Sequence record: DRR378314_807
DNA length: 42,269 bases
Direction: 5' to 3' (one strand)
Position 1 is the first letter of the stretch, and each line of letters starts with the position of its first letter. Below the pieces are notes generated by a model. It worked only from the letters and a program-made list of their open reading frames with translations. It did no database searches and had not been told where the DNA came from. A program made the position numbers and the translations under genes. Of the stretch, positions 26,914 through 35,792 are shown piece by piece.

Positions 26914-29076
26914 ATGCAAAAGCTTCGCCCACTGTATATTGCTTTATTAAGTGCTGCATTATTGCAGGCCTGTTCTCCTGCGAATCAAAACACCGATACC
27001 AGCTCATCGACCTCTAAACAAGGCGTTGAAGCTCCGGTAGCAGAAAAAGTCCCTCATGAAATGACCATTCATGGTGATACCCGCATCGATAATTATTACT
27101 GGATGCGGGACGATGAACGTAAAGACCCTAAAGTACTGGCTTATCTTGAGGCTGAAAACGCTTATACGGATGAGATGCTGGCTCACACGGAAGATCTGCA
27201 GCAAAAGCTGTTTGAAGAAATGAAAAGCCGCATAGCCAAAGATGATAACTCCGTGCCAGTACGTGACGGCGGCTACTATTACTCAACAGAAATGCGCGGC
27301 GATAACGAATACCCGATTTACGTTCGCAGTAAAGATTTTTCCGGTACCAACAAGCAAATTTTGTTAAATGTTAACGAGCTTGCTGAAGGTAAAGATTATT
27401 ACTCCGTAGGCAGCCTTGAAGTTAGCCCGGACGATGCGATTCTTGCCTATAGTGAAGATACCGTTAGCCGCCGTATGTATGAAATTAAACTTAAGAATAT
27501 GAAAACCGGTGAGTTACTCCCGGATCAAATCAAAAATACGTCGGGGAGTATAGTCTGGGGTAACGACGGACAGCATTTTTACTACATAAAGAAAGACCCG
27601 GAAACCCTGCTGGGTTATCAAGTCTATCGTCATAAAGTGGGTACCGAACAGCAACAAGATGAACTGGTCTATGAAGAGCAGGACACAACCTTTTACACCG
27701 GCATTCGCAAAAGCAAAGACGACTCAAAAATTTATATTATCCATGATGCGACCGAATCTAAAGGCGTCTCGTTAATTGATGCCAATGACCCCAACGCCAA
27801 GCCGGTTGAGTTTGTGCCACGGGAAGACGGCCTGGAATACAGCATAGCTAAACACGGTGATGATTATTATGTGTTGACCAATCTGGATGCCGTGAACTTT
27901 CGCCTGATGCGGGTAAGCGCAGATAAGCTTGGCGACAAGCAGCACTGGCAGGAAGTTATTCCACATAAAGAAGACACTCGACTGGAAGACATTGAGCTGT
28001 TTGACCAGCATTTGGTTTATAAACAGCGCCAGCGCGGACTAACAGAGGTGTTCGTACGAAACCTAAATACCGGTGATGAACAAGAGCTTTCATTCCGCGA
28101 CAAAGCTTACACGCTGTATTTTTACGGTAACAAAGAAGCCGATAACCCTGAGCTGCGCCTTTACTACACCAGTATGACCACTCCGGGTAGCCATTATAAT
28201 GTAGACCTGAACAGTCTGGATAAAACGCTGTTAAAGCAACAGCCTGTACTTGGCGATTTTAAACCTGAAAACTACGCTTCCGAACGGTTATTTGTCACCG
28301 CCCGGGACGGTGCTGAGATACCGGTAACACTGGTTTACCGTAAGGACAAATTTAAAAAAGATGGAACCAACCCACTTTATCAATACGGTTATGGCTCTTA
28401 CGGTTCTACTTCAGAGCCCAGCTTTAGTAGCAACCGTCTAAGCTTACTGGATCGCGGCTTTGTTTTTGCTATAGCCCATATTCGCGGCTCACAAATGCTC
28501 GGCCGCCCCTGGTACGAAGACGGCAAAAAACTGACCAAGAAAAATACCTTTAATGACTTTGTTGATGTGACTAAGTCATTGGTTGAGCAAGGCTATGGCG
28601 CTGAGGATAAAGTCTTTGCCATGGGTGGTAGTGCTGGTGGTCTGTTAATGGGCGCAGTGATCAATCAGGCTCCGGAACTTTACCTTGGCGTAGCGGCACA
28701 TGTACCTTTTGTCGACGTTGTGACGACCATGCTGGATGAGAGTATTCCTCTCACTACCAACGAGTTTGACGAGTGGGGTAACCCGAAAGAGAAAGTTTAT
28801 TACGACTATATGCTGTCGTATTCACCTTATGATCAAATTAGCGCTCAAGACTATCCTAACCTGCTGGTAACCACCGGCCTGTTTGACTCACAAGTGCAGT
28901 ATTTCGAACCAGCCAAGTGGGTCGCTAAGCTCAGAGATTATAAAACCGATGATAATTTGCTGCTGTTTAAAACCGAAATGGAAGCGGGTCACGGTGGTGT
29001 TTCCGGGCGCTTTAAGCGCTTGCAAAACACGGCGCTGGAATACGCTTTCTTTCTCGATTTACTGAAAAGCAAATGA
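26914..29076 (+). CDS. ptrB: Oligopeptidase B (S9A), lipoprotein
   Basis: LQAC lipobox, DNYYWMRD, YGYGSYG, GGSAGG (Ser), DSQV (Asp) and AGHGG (His). Confidence 0.94.
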   Translation: MQKLRPLYIALLSAALLQACSPANQNTDTSSSTSKQGVEAPVAEKVPHEMTIHGDTRIDNYYWMRDDERKDPKVLAYLEAENAYTDEMLAHTEDLQQKLFEEMKSRIAKDDNSVPVRDGGYYYSTEMRGDNEYPIYVRSKDFSGTNKQILLNVNELAEGKDYYSVGSLEVSPDDAILAYSEDTVSRRMYEIKLKNMKTGELLPDQIKNTSGSIVWGNDGQHFYYIKKDPETLLGYQVYRHKVGTEQQQDELVYEEQDTTFYTGIRKSKDDSKIYIIHDATESKGVSLIDANDPNAKPVEFVPREDGLEYSIAKHGDDYYVLTNLDAVNFRLMRVSADKLGDKQHWQEVIPHKEDTRLEDIELFDQHLVYKQRQRGLTEVFVRNLNTGDEQELSFRDKAYTLYFYGNKEADNPELRLYYTSMTTPGSHYNVDLNSLDKTLLKQQPVLGDFKPENYASERLFVTARDGAEIPVTLVYRKDKFKKDGTNPLYQYGYGSYGSTSEPSFSSNRLSLLDRGFVFAIAHIRGSQMLGRPWYEDGKKLTKKNTFNDFVDVTKSLVEQGYGAEDKVFAMGGSAGGLLMGAVINQAPELYLGVAAHVPFVDVVTTMLDESIPLTTNEFDEWGNPKEKVYYDYMLSYSPYDQISAQDYPNLLVTTGLFDSQVQYFEPAKWVAKLRDYKTDDNLLLFKTEMEAGHGGVSGRFKRLQNTALEYAFFLDLLKSK

Positions 29077-29113
29077 GCCAGTTCACACAGTCTCGAACCT
29101 ATAAGGCAACATT

Positions 29114-30202
29114 ATGAATATTCGCGGCATTATAAGCAGTGCCCTACTTATGTCGGTTAGTCTGTTCACTCAGGCCGCCGACACCGGGCACACATCTTCG
29201 CACAGCCTCACCTTGTCCGAAGCGAATAAGCTAATCACCCTGCCACTGCATTGTGTTGAAACTCCTTATCCATACAAAACAGGAATAATATTAGGCAGTG
29301 CCGATGATTTAAAGGAGCCGTCGGTTTTGCACCCGATTTTTTACGGCTGTTTTGACTGGCACAGCGCCGCTCATGGTTATTGGTCAATGGTGACTTTGCT
29401 GCGCCAGTTTCCAGACTTAGAACAGGCTGGTGAAGTCAAAGCCATCCTTAAACGTAATTTAACCGCCGAGAAAGTGGCGCGCGAAGTCGACTTTTTCAGT
29501 AAAGATATTAATGACTCCTTTGAGCGCACTTACGGCTGGGCCTGGCTGTTAAAGCTGTCTGACGAGCTCCATTCATGGGAAGACCCTATGGCCAAAGAAC
29601 TGGCCGCTAACTTACAACCATTAACCGATTTAATCGTTGAGCGCTATATCAACTTTTTACCCCGGCTGGTCTATCCGGTGCGTGTGGGCGAGCATACCAA
29701 CACAGCCTTTGGCTTAAGTTTTGCCTACGACTATGCCGTTAACCAGCAGCACACCGAACTACAGCAGTTAATTGCCAAACGCGCGAAAGACTATTTTCTG
29801 GAAGATAAAAACTGCCCCATAGGCTGGGAACCAAGCGGCTACGATTTTCTTTCGCCGTGTCTGGAAGAAATTGGCCTAATGCAGCGAGTTCTGCCAAAGC
29901 AGCAGTTTTTAACCTGGCTAGATGATTTTATGCCACAGCTCTCCGATCCCGAATTCAGTCTGGCGGTAGGTGAAGTTGGCGACAGAACCGATGGCAAACT
30001 GGTCCATCTGGACGGATTAAACTTTAGCCGCGCCTGGAACCTCTATGCGCTGGCGAACCAATACCCGCGGTACGGGCATTTACGCAAAATAGCCGATAAG
30101 CATATGGCGCACTCTTACCCCAATCTAATCGGCGATAGCTACGAAGGTGGTCATTGGCTGGGCAGTTTTGCTATTCAGGCGTTAAATCAGACCCCGCGGT
30201 AG
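29114..30202 (+). CDS. DUF2891 family secreted protein
   Basis: HPIFYGCFDWHS, FERTYGWAWLL, GEHTNTAF, HLDGLNFSRAW and YEGGHWLGSFA. Signal peptide present. Confidence 0.85.
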   Translation: MNIRGIISSALLMSVSLFTQAADTGHTSSHSLTLSEANKLITLPLHCVETPYPYKTGIILGSADDLKEPSVLHPIFYGCFDWHSAAHGYWSMVTLLRQFPDLEQAGEVKAILKRNLTAEKVAREVDFFSKDINDSFERTYGWAWLLKLSDELHSWEDPMAKELAANLQPLTDLIVERYINFLPRLVYPVRVGEHTNTAFGLSFAYDYAVNQQHTELQQLIAKRAKDYFLEDKNCPIGWEPSGYDFLSPCLEEIGLMQRVLPKQQFLTWLDDFMPQLSDPEFSLAVGEVGDRTDGKLVHLDGLNFSRAWNLYALANQYPRYGHLRKIADKHMAHSYPNLIGDSYEGGHWLGSFAIQALNQTPR

Positions 30203-30266
30203 TTGCTGTCAGAAGAGGTTAGTCATCCATTTGCGGAGCCTTCCCTAGAACCAACTCAATAAGTTA

Positions 30267-30296
30267 AGCCGCGCAATAAAGCGCGGCTGTTTGTTT
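30267..30296. terminator. Terminator between convergent genes
   Basis: AGCCGCGC-aataaa-GCGCGGCT followed by GTTTGTTTT. Confidence 0.75.
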
Positions 30297-30307
30297 TCCT
30301 CATCTCA

Positions 30308-31246
30308 TTAATTGCGAAGCAACCGCCGTATATCACGGACAATTTCATAGGCCACAATGAGCGCAACAGTTACCAAAAGCACCTGAATACTGCGCTCAGC
30401 GATTGTAACACCCAGTCCGTCTCGCCATGCGCCGTCGTTGATCTGCAAAACAGGTTCTGTCAGCAAGATAATTGACGCAATTAAGAACGCGGTATTGACG
30501 CCAATATTGAGCATGAGCATCGAGCGACTCCAAAACCTTGTGCGCAATTGCCATAAGTTATGTGCGATGGCTATTACGATAACGGGCGTAAACCAAAATA
30601 AAACGGTTAGTGTGTCCTCAGTAAAAATACTCTGCGCACCGCTATCGGGCTGCCACAATGGGTACCAAATCAACATCACTAAAGCTAAGAGCGTAGCGAG
30701 CTCGGTGAAAATGTCCTGTAAGCTAATATACTGCCAGATCTTGCCGGCAGGCGGGAGCTTCTCAGGGCTCCATTTGCAGATGCCTGCAACCTCTGCAGTT
30801 TTCTTCTTCCGAGAGCGACTCATAACTGCAAAACCGATGGTAATTGTCGTAAAAGCAAAATAAACACTGTCCAGAAAATCGCTTGCTAACCCCTTCATGA
30901 ACAGAAGTAGGCTCATTTCGGTACCGCCCAGCCAGCGACTGGTAATTTCAATGGTCGAAATCACAAATAACACGCCGAGCACCATATACAAGGTATGCAA
31001 ATACAAAGGCATAAGTTGCGCAGTTACCAACGGGGTCGGTGGACAGAACTGAAATGCTACCCGGCGCGGATGCCCCATTGTTTTTAATAATGCAGCGACC
31101 TCAGCGTCAGATACGCTACCGCGCTGCGCTTCCAATGCTTCTATCTGATCGAGAATATTAGCTTTTAACTCGCGACCGATATCATCGCGCTTGTTGTCTG
31201 GCAGTTCTCGCTGCACAGCGGCAATATAACGTTCTAACATATCCAT
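30308..31246 (-). CDS. Multi-TM membrane protein with N-terminal HAAS-like helical domain
   Basis: ERYIAAVQRELP...DIGRELKANILD...MGHPRRVA followed by about 6 hydrophobic helices. TAATG-coupled to padR. Confidence 0.8.
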   Translation of the reverse strand: MDMLERYIAAVQRELPDNKRDDIGRELKANILDQIEALEAQRGSVSDAEVAALLKTMGHPRRVAFQFCPPTPLVTAQLMPLYLHTLYMVLGVLFVISTIEITSRWLGGTEMSLLLFMKGLASDFLDSVYFAFTTITIGFAVMSRSRKKKTAEVAGICKWSPEKLPPAGKIWQYISLQDIFTELATLLALVMLIWYPLWQPDSGAQSIFTEDTLTVLFWFTPVIVIAIAHNLWQLRTRFWSRSMLMLNIGVNTAFLIASIILLTEPVLQINDGAWRDGLGVTIAERSIQVLLVTVALIVAYEIVRDIRRLLRN

Positions 31247-31596
31247 TAGTGTTGCTCCTCATTAGGGTTGCGCAACAGTAGGGGACCAATCGCGCTGTTG
31301 AGCGAGATCCACTCCTGGGTTAGTTGCTCTAGTCGTTCTGTGCCAAGCGTCGATAACTGGTAGTAACGCCTTTCACGCCCTTCGCCCTGCTTCCACTCGC
31401 TATCAAGCAGACCTTGATCCGCCAGTCGTCTAATGAGCGGATATAAAGTGCCTTCATCAATATCTACGCCAGCATCCTGTAGTTGCTTACGCAGTGAATA
31501 GCCATAATGAGGCTCGCGTAAAGAAGCAAGTACAGCTAAAACCAATACCCCACGGCGCAGTTCTAGCTTAAGTTTATCGATTGGTGCAGTAGTCAT
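31246..31596 (-). CDS. PadR-family transcriptional regulator (short subfamily)
   Basis: ELRRGVL, HYGYSL, EGTLYPLIRRL and RRYYQLS..G. Confidence 0.93.
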   Translation of the reverse strand: MTTAPIDKLKLELRRGVLVLAVLASLREPHYGYSLRKQLQDAGVDIDEGTLYPLIRRLADQGLLDSEWKQGEGRERRYYQLSTLGTERLEQLTQEWISLNSAIGPLLLRNPNEEQH

Positions 31597-31613
31597 AGTA
31601 AGTCCTTATTTAT

Positions 31614-31670
31614 ACTGTATTGCACACACTGTGTGAAACACAGTAATTAACATACTAGGTGACATACAGT
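31614..31670. promoter_or_regulatory. Three copies of a 7-3-7 palindrome upstream of padR (putative PadR operators)
   Basis: ACTGTAT-tgc-ACACACT (31614), perfect ACTGTGT-gaa-ACACAGT (31628) and ACTAGGT-gac-ATACAGT (31654). Confidence 0.75.
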
Positions 31671-31714
31671 AAAAGTGCAAATAATAATCTGAATCACGAT
31701 ATTGCGAGGGCTTA

Positions 31715-31956
31715 ATGGAGATATCCGCATCGAGTAAAGTAATTTTAATTAGAAGAGAGCAAGCTTCGGGTCGTCACAAGATGAAACACTTTTTATGATT
31801 GAGTCTAAGAGTTTGCAAAGAGCCCCTGCTATGAAGTGGATTACAAAACCTGAGGAAATTGCTTTATCAGCGTTATACTTAGCATCTGATGCTTCCAGTT
31901 TTACCACCGGCTCTGCCTTATTGGTGGATAGTGGTGTATCAATTCGTTACGTTTAA
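31715..31956 (+). pseudogene. Eroded SDR remnant (clear C-terminus, tentative N-terminus, middle deleted)
   Basis: 31831-31956 translates MKWITKPEEIALSALYLASDASSFTTGSALLVDSGVSIRYV*, a typical SDR C-terminus. Upstream KVILI and frameshifted RASFG resemble a decayed KVxxITGASSG. Confidence 0.75.
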
Positions 31957-31967
31957 AGGTATTGATT

Positions 31968-32810
31968 ATGTCTGACTACACTCGCATTGAAAAAGCCATG
32001 ACCTATATGTCAGAGCATGTATCGAGCCAGCCGACCCTGGAAGACGTTGCTGCTCATGTGCATCTCAGTCCGTTCCACTTCCATCGGGTATTTTGCAAAT
32101 GGGCAGGCACCACACCGAAACGTTTCCTGCAGGCCCTTACACTGGAGCGAAGCAAACGAATGCTGCAAGACGAAGGCTCTATCATGGATGTTTCCTTCAG
32201 CATGGGTCTAAGCGGAGGTTCCCGACTGTATGACCACTTTGTAAAGCTAGAAGCCGTAACGCCGGGTGAATACAGGAGCGGAGGCCAGGGAGTTACTATT
32301 CAATACGGCGTAAATGAAACTCCCTTTGGTAAGATATTTGTCGCAATTACCCCACGGGGCGTATGCCGCATTGAGTTTTTGGGATCCAGAGCTGTTGACG
32401 AGATACTTACTGATTTATGCAAAGACTGGCCCAAAGCCGCGCTCGTAAGCAACGAAAACGCGACGAACTATGTGGCTAACGTACTGTTTAGTCGGTTAAG
32501 AGACGGGCAGTCTAACCCCTTGTCATTGCACGTTATGGGTACTAATTTTCAAGTGGCCGTATGGCGAGCGTTATTGAGGATACCACCGGGAAAGCTGGCG
32601 AGCTATTCGCAGATTGCCAATGTACTCGATTGCCCAGGGGCATCTCGTGCAGTTGGTAATGCTGTTGGAGCTAACCCTGTTGCCATGCTAATTCCGTGTC
32701 ACCGTGTTATTCAGAAAAGCGGTGCTTTGGGCGGGTATCGCTGGGGTTCTGCGAAGAAAGAGATGCTTCAGGCGTGGGAGCTGCTGTGCGAAAAGCCAAT
32801 AGAAGTATAA
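31968..32810 (+). CDS. Bifunctional AraC-HTH / methylated-DNA-protein-cysteine methyltransferase (Ada/Ogt-like, no Zn-binding Ada N-domain)
   Basis: LSPFHFHRVF..WAG.TPK HTH, GTNFQVAVW, SRAVGNAVGANPV and active-site IPCHRV. Start ATG 31968. Confidence 0.92.
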   Translation: MSDYTRIEKAMTYMSEHVSSQPTLEDVAAHVHLSPFHFHRVFCKWAGTTPKRFLQALTLERSKRMLQDEGSIMDVSFSMGLSGGSRLYDHFVKLEAVTPGEYRSGGQGVTIQYGVNETPFGKIFVAITPRGVCRIEFLGSRAVDEILTDLCKDWPKAALVSNENATNYVANVLFSRLRDGQSNPLSLHVMGTNFQVAVWRALLRIPPGKLASYSQIANVLDCPGASRAVGNAVGANPVAMLIPCHRVIQKSGALGGYRWGSAKKEMLQAWELLCEKPIEV

Positions 32811-32837
32811 TTACTGAAAAACGTTATTAGCCCCTAC

Positions 32838-32865
32838 AAAAAAGCCCAGCAAATTACACTGGGCT
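32838..32865 (-). terminator. Terminator downstream of the 40-aa small gene
   Basis: Minus strand AGCCCAG-N9-CTGGGCT followed by TTTTT. Confidence 0.75.
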
Positions 32866-32883
32866 CGGGGATTGCGTAATTAA

Positions 32884-33006
32884 TTACGCTTTTTTAGCAG
32901 GTGCATGCTCAGATTGCTTTTGGTCTTTTTGCTGACCGGGTGCTGCCTGCTTCTGTTCGCCTGGTTTGTTTGGCGTTTGTGAACCTTTATTTTTTTGCGT
33001 ATCCAT
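32884..33006 (-). CDS. 40-aa hydrophilic small protein (not in the ORF track)
   Basis: MDTQKNKGSQTPNKPGEQKQAAPGQQKDQKQSEHAPAKKA*. Strong SD TAAGGAG lies 6 nt upstream of the ATG, and a correctly oriented terminator lies about 20 nt after the stop. Confidence 0.75.
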   Translation of the reverse strand: MDTQKNKGSQTPNKPGEQKQAAPGQQKDQKQSEHAPAKKA

Positions 33007-33233
33007 TGTCAACTCCTTAAAGAGTCTACTAGCATCACTCAATTATGACGCTATTTAAAAGTATAGACGGCTCTTAGAGATATGTATGTCCATTACTGAA
33101 AATAACTTCGTATTTCTGCGTTTTTCTTCGCAAGCATCTAACGATATCTCGACGGATAGCAGCCCCACACATGCAATCCTCTGAACAACTTATTCTGTAG
33201 CAATCCCGAAGGCCTTGTTTTATTTTAAATGAA

Positions 33234-33252
33234 CAATATAATCATTCTCATT
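33234..33252. promoter_or_regulatory. Fur box upstream of the TonB-dependent receptor
   Basis: Minus strand TGAGAAT-G-ATTATAT (33250-33236) matches the 7-1-7 Fur consensus TGATAAT-N-ATTATCA at 11/14. Confidence 0.7.
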
Positions 33253-33284
33253 TAGATTTAATAAAACCTAAAGGGGAAACTGTT

Positions 33285-35336
33285 TTGAATAAGTTTATCT
33301 TTACTGGAGCGGTGTTTTCGCTATTTAGCCCAGCCCTGTTTGCGCAGACAGCGGATGTTGAAAATGGCGATAAAGAAGAGAAACAAATAGAGCGAATTTC
33401 TGTCGTTGGCGCCGCCACAAACTTTAGTGTAACTGCAGACGACATAGAGCAGTTTCAGGCGAATGACCTTGCTGACATTTTCCGGGAATCTCCCTCGGTA
33501 AGCGTAGGTGGTTCTGTTGGTGTAGCCCAAAAGATTTATATTCGCGGCCTTGAAGATGCATACCTTAATGTGACGGTAGATGGTGCGCAGCAAACTTCCA
33601 CCCTGTTTCACCATATTGGTCGCGTAACCCTGGACCCAGATTTACTCAAACAAATAGACGTACAGGCCGGCGCTGGTGAGGCGACCAGTGGCCCAGGAGC
33701 TATTGGCGGCTCAATACGCTTCAAGACAAAAGATGCTCAGGACTTACTGCACAATGACGAGCAGTTTGGCGGTCGTTTAAAAGCAAACTACTTCTCTAAT
33801 GATGGTACGCGTTACAGCGGCACGTTATACGGGAAGCTTAATGACTCATTTGGTCTTTTAGGCTATTTCAGTACCGTTGACCGCAACACCATGGAAGACG
33901 GCGACGATAATAAAATATACGGTACAGCAGCAGACCAGGACCTCACCTTTTTAAAAGCAAGTGGTTACATTGCCAACAATCATTATGTGTCATTCAGTTT
34001 TGAACAGCGCGATGAAGAAGGTGAATTCTCTGCTCGCCCGAACTGGGTTGTACCCGAAGGTTCGCCGCTTTATCCAAGCGCGGCTAAACGTGACACCTAT
34101 GTCGCCAATTACCGGTTTGATCACAGTGACGCGGTGTACCTTAAAGCAACCGCATACCAGACAAGTTCGTCGTTTCGGGGTGGCCGTTTTGATTGGTTAG
34201 CTGAAATTGACACTCAGGGTTTTGATATTCGCAATACCAGCGAAACTCTCAACCACAGTTTTACTTACGGCGTCGATTATCGCAGTGATGAGGTAGAAAG
34301 TGGCCCTGCTGCCGGCCCGAAAGAAAACGCAGAAGAAAGCAGTGTATTAGGCGTTTATGCGCAAGCACATAGTCATATTACAGCCGATCTTTTGTTTAGC
34401 TACGGCGTGCGCTATGACGACTATGAATTTCAGCAAAAAATCCTGCTTGATGAATATTCTGGCGAGCCTGTAACGGATACGCCGGCGAGCCTCGATGACA
34501 GTGAGCTTAGCTTTAACGCCGGTTTGTCGTATCAGTTGTCGCAGGCATGGAAGTTTGGATTAAGTTACGCCGAGGCTGCCAGAGGTAAAGAAATTGGCGA
34601 CGGCTTTACTCTGGACGAATACCTTTACGATGGAAACGACATTCCTGTTGTTGCCGGTGACGTTGTGCCGGAAACGGTTGAGAACATTGAAACCTCCATT
34701 GAGTATACTGCTAACAACCTGAACGCAAAATTCAGTGTTTATCAGTCCACCATATATGACGTCATTTTCAGTGGTTTTTCAGGGAACTCTGTCTACAACA
34801 ACATTGGTGACGTTGAGTCGACAGGCGTTGAATTTAACCTTGCGTATCGTTGGAACTCTCTGGACATGTACTTCGGCTTTTCCAGCGCAGACTCGGAGCT
34901 TTCTCCGCGCGACGGCTTGTACACTGAGAGTTATGATTCAATCGATTTGAACGCCTATGAGTTTAATGGTTTGGGTAACAGCCGTGGTAACACTATTGTT
35001 TTGGGTGCAGACTACTTTGTTACAAACGACCTGAGCTTTGGCTTTAATGTGACTCGAGTAGATGACATTCATATTAAAACCCTGCATCAGGCGCTGGAGA
35101 ATGGCTGGACCGACTCGCTGTATACTTTGAACAAGCCAAGTTATACCGTTGTTGATCTCTATAGCGCGTGGGATATTACTAACAACTTTTCGGTGAACAT
35201 AGCGGTAACTAACCTGCTGGACGAGCAATACATAAACCATTCAAGTGTCGGTGACTACAGCGAAGTGTTCCCAACCGTGGTGGGGCCTTATGAGGCCGGT
35301 CGTGACATTCGCCTTTCTGCCACCTATGATTTTTAA
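33285..35336 (+). CDS. TonB-dependent outer-membrane receptor, VctA/FrpB-like (iron/siderophore)
   Basis: Signal peptide, ERISVVG TonB box, QANDLADIFR, QKIYIRGLED..LNVTVDGA..LFHH plug, NLLDEQY and GRDIRLSATYDF end. TTG start. Confidence 0.92.
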   Translation: MNKFIFTGAVFSLFSPALFAQTADVENGDKEEKQIERISVVGAATNFSVTADDIEQFQANDLADIFRESPSVSVGGSVGVAQKIYIRGLEDAYLNVTVDGAQQTSTLFHHIGRVTLDPDLLKQIDVQAGAGEATSGPGAIGGSIRFKTKDAQDLLHNDEQFGGRLKANYFSNDGTRYSGTLYGKLNDSFGLLGYFSTVDRNTMEDGDDNKIYGTAADQDLTFLKASGYIANNHYVSFSFEQRDEEGEFSARPNWVVPEGSPLYPSAAKRDTYVANYRFDHSDAVYLKATAYQTSSSFRGGRFDWLAEIDTQGFDIRNTSETLNHSFTYGVDYRSDEVESGPAAGPKENAEESSVLGVYAQAHSHITADLLFSYGVRYDDYEFQQKILLDEYSGEPVTDTPASLDDSELSFNAGLSYQLSQAWKFGLSYAEAARGKEIGDGFTLDEYLYDGNDIPVVAGDVVPETVENIETSIEYTANNLNAKFSVYQSTIYDVIFSGFSGNSVYNNIGDVESTGVEFNLAYRWNSLDMYFGFSSADSELSPRDGLYTESYDSIDLNAYEFNGLGNSRGNTIVLGADYFVTNDLSFGFNVTRVDDIHIKTLHQALENGWTDSLYTLNKPSYTVVDLYSAWDITNNFSVNIAVTNLLDEQYINHSSVGDYSEVFPTVVGPYEAGRDIRLSATYDF

Positions 35337-35407
35337 AGCATTGCGTGCGTCGTAAAGAGCCATTCATCGGTTGATGCGTATAAAAGACTGATGAACAAAA
35401 GACTCGT

Positions 35408-35436
35408 AAGCCCAGCAACGGTGTTGTTGGGCTTTT
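35408..35436 (+). terminator. Terminator after the TonB receptor
   Basis: AAGCCCAGCAAC-ggt-GTTGTTGGGCTT followed by TT. Confidence 0.8.
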
Positions 35437-35456
35437 GTGCTTTTACGTAAGTCCAT

Positions 35457-35792
35457 TTAAGAAGAGTGCGAACGCCAGATTCGAAAGCGCGTCACTATGT
35501 ACCAGATAAGACCGCCGATAAACATAACCAGAGGTATCACATTAATTTCGTTACTTTGTTGAGATTCTTCTGAGGTTAAAAAGAACCAAAGCACACCCAC
35601 GATAAGAATAACGAGCGATAACACACCTTGTATCTGCAAACTTTTCGATGTGTTCTCAGACGTAATCGCGCTGTTTTCGCCCGGTTGGTTCTCTTGCTCC
35701 GATTTTTCACTCTTCACAAAACCACAGGCAGGACAGCTATAGTTATTATCCAGTACCTGATCTTCACATTTTGGACATTTTTCAAATGCCAT
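35457..35792 (-). CDS. Small zinc-ribbon protein with two C-terminal TM helices
   Basis: CPKC-x10-CPAC, a polar linker and two hydrophobic helices. Start taken at ATG 35792 after GAGG. Confidence 0.75.
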   Translation of the reverse strand: MAFEKCPKCEDQVLDNNYSCPACGFVKSEKSEQENQPGENSAITSENTSKSLQIQGVLSLVILIVGVLWFFLTSEESQQSNEINVIPLVMFIGGLIWYIVTRFRIWRSHSS

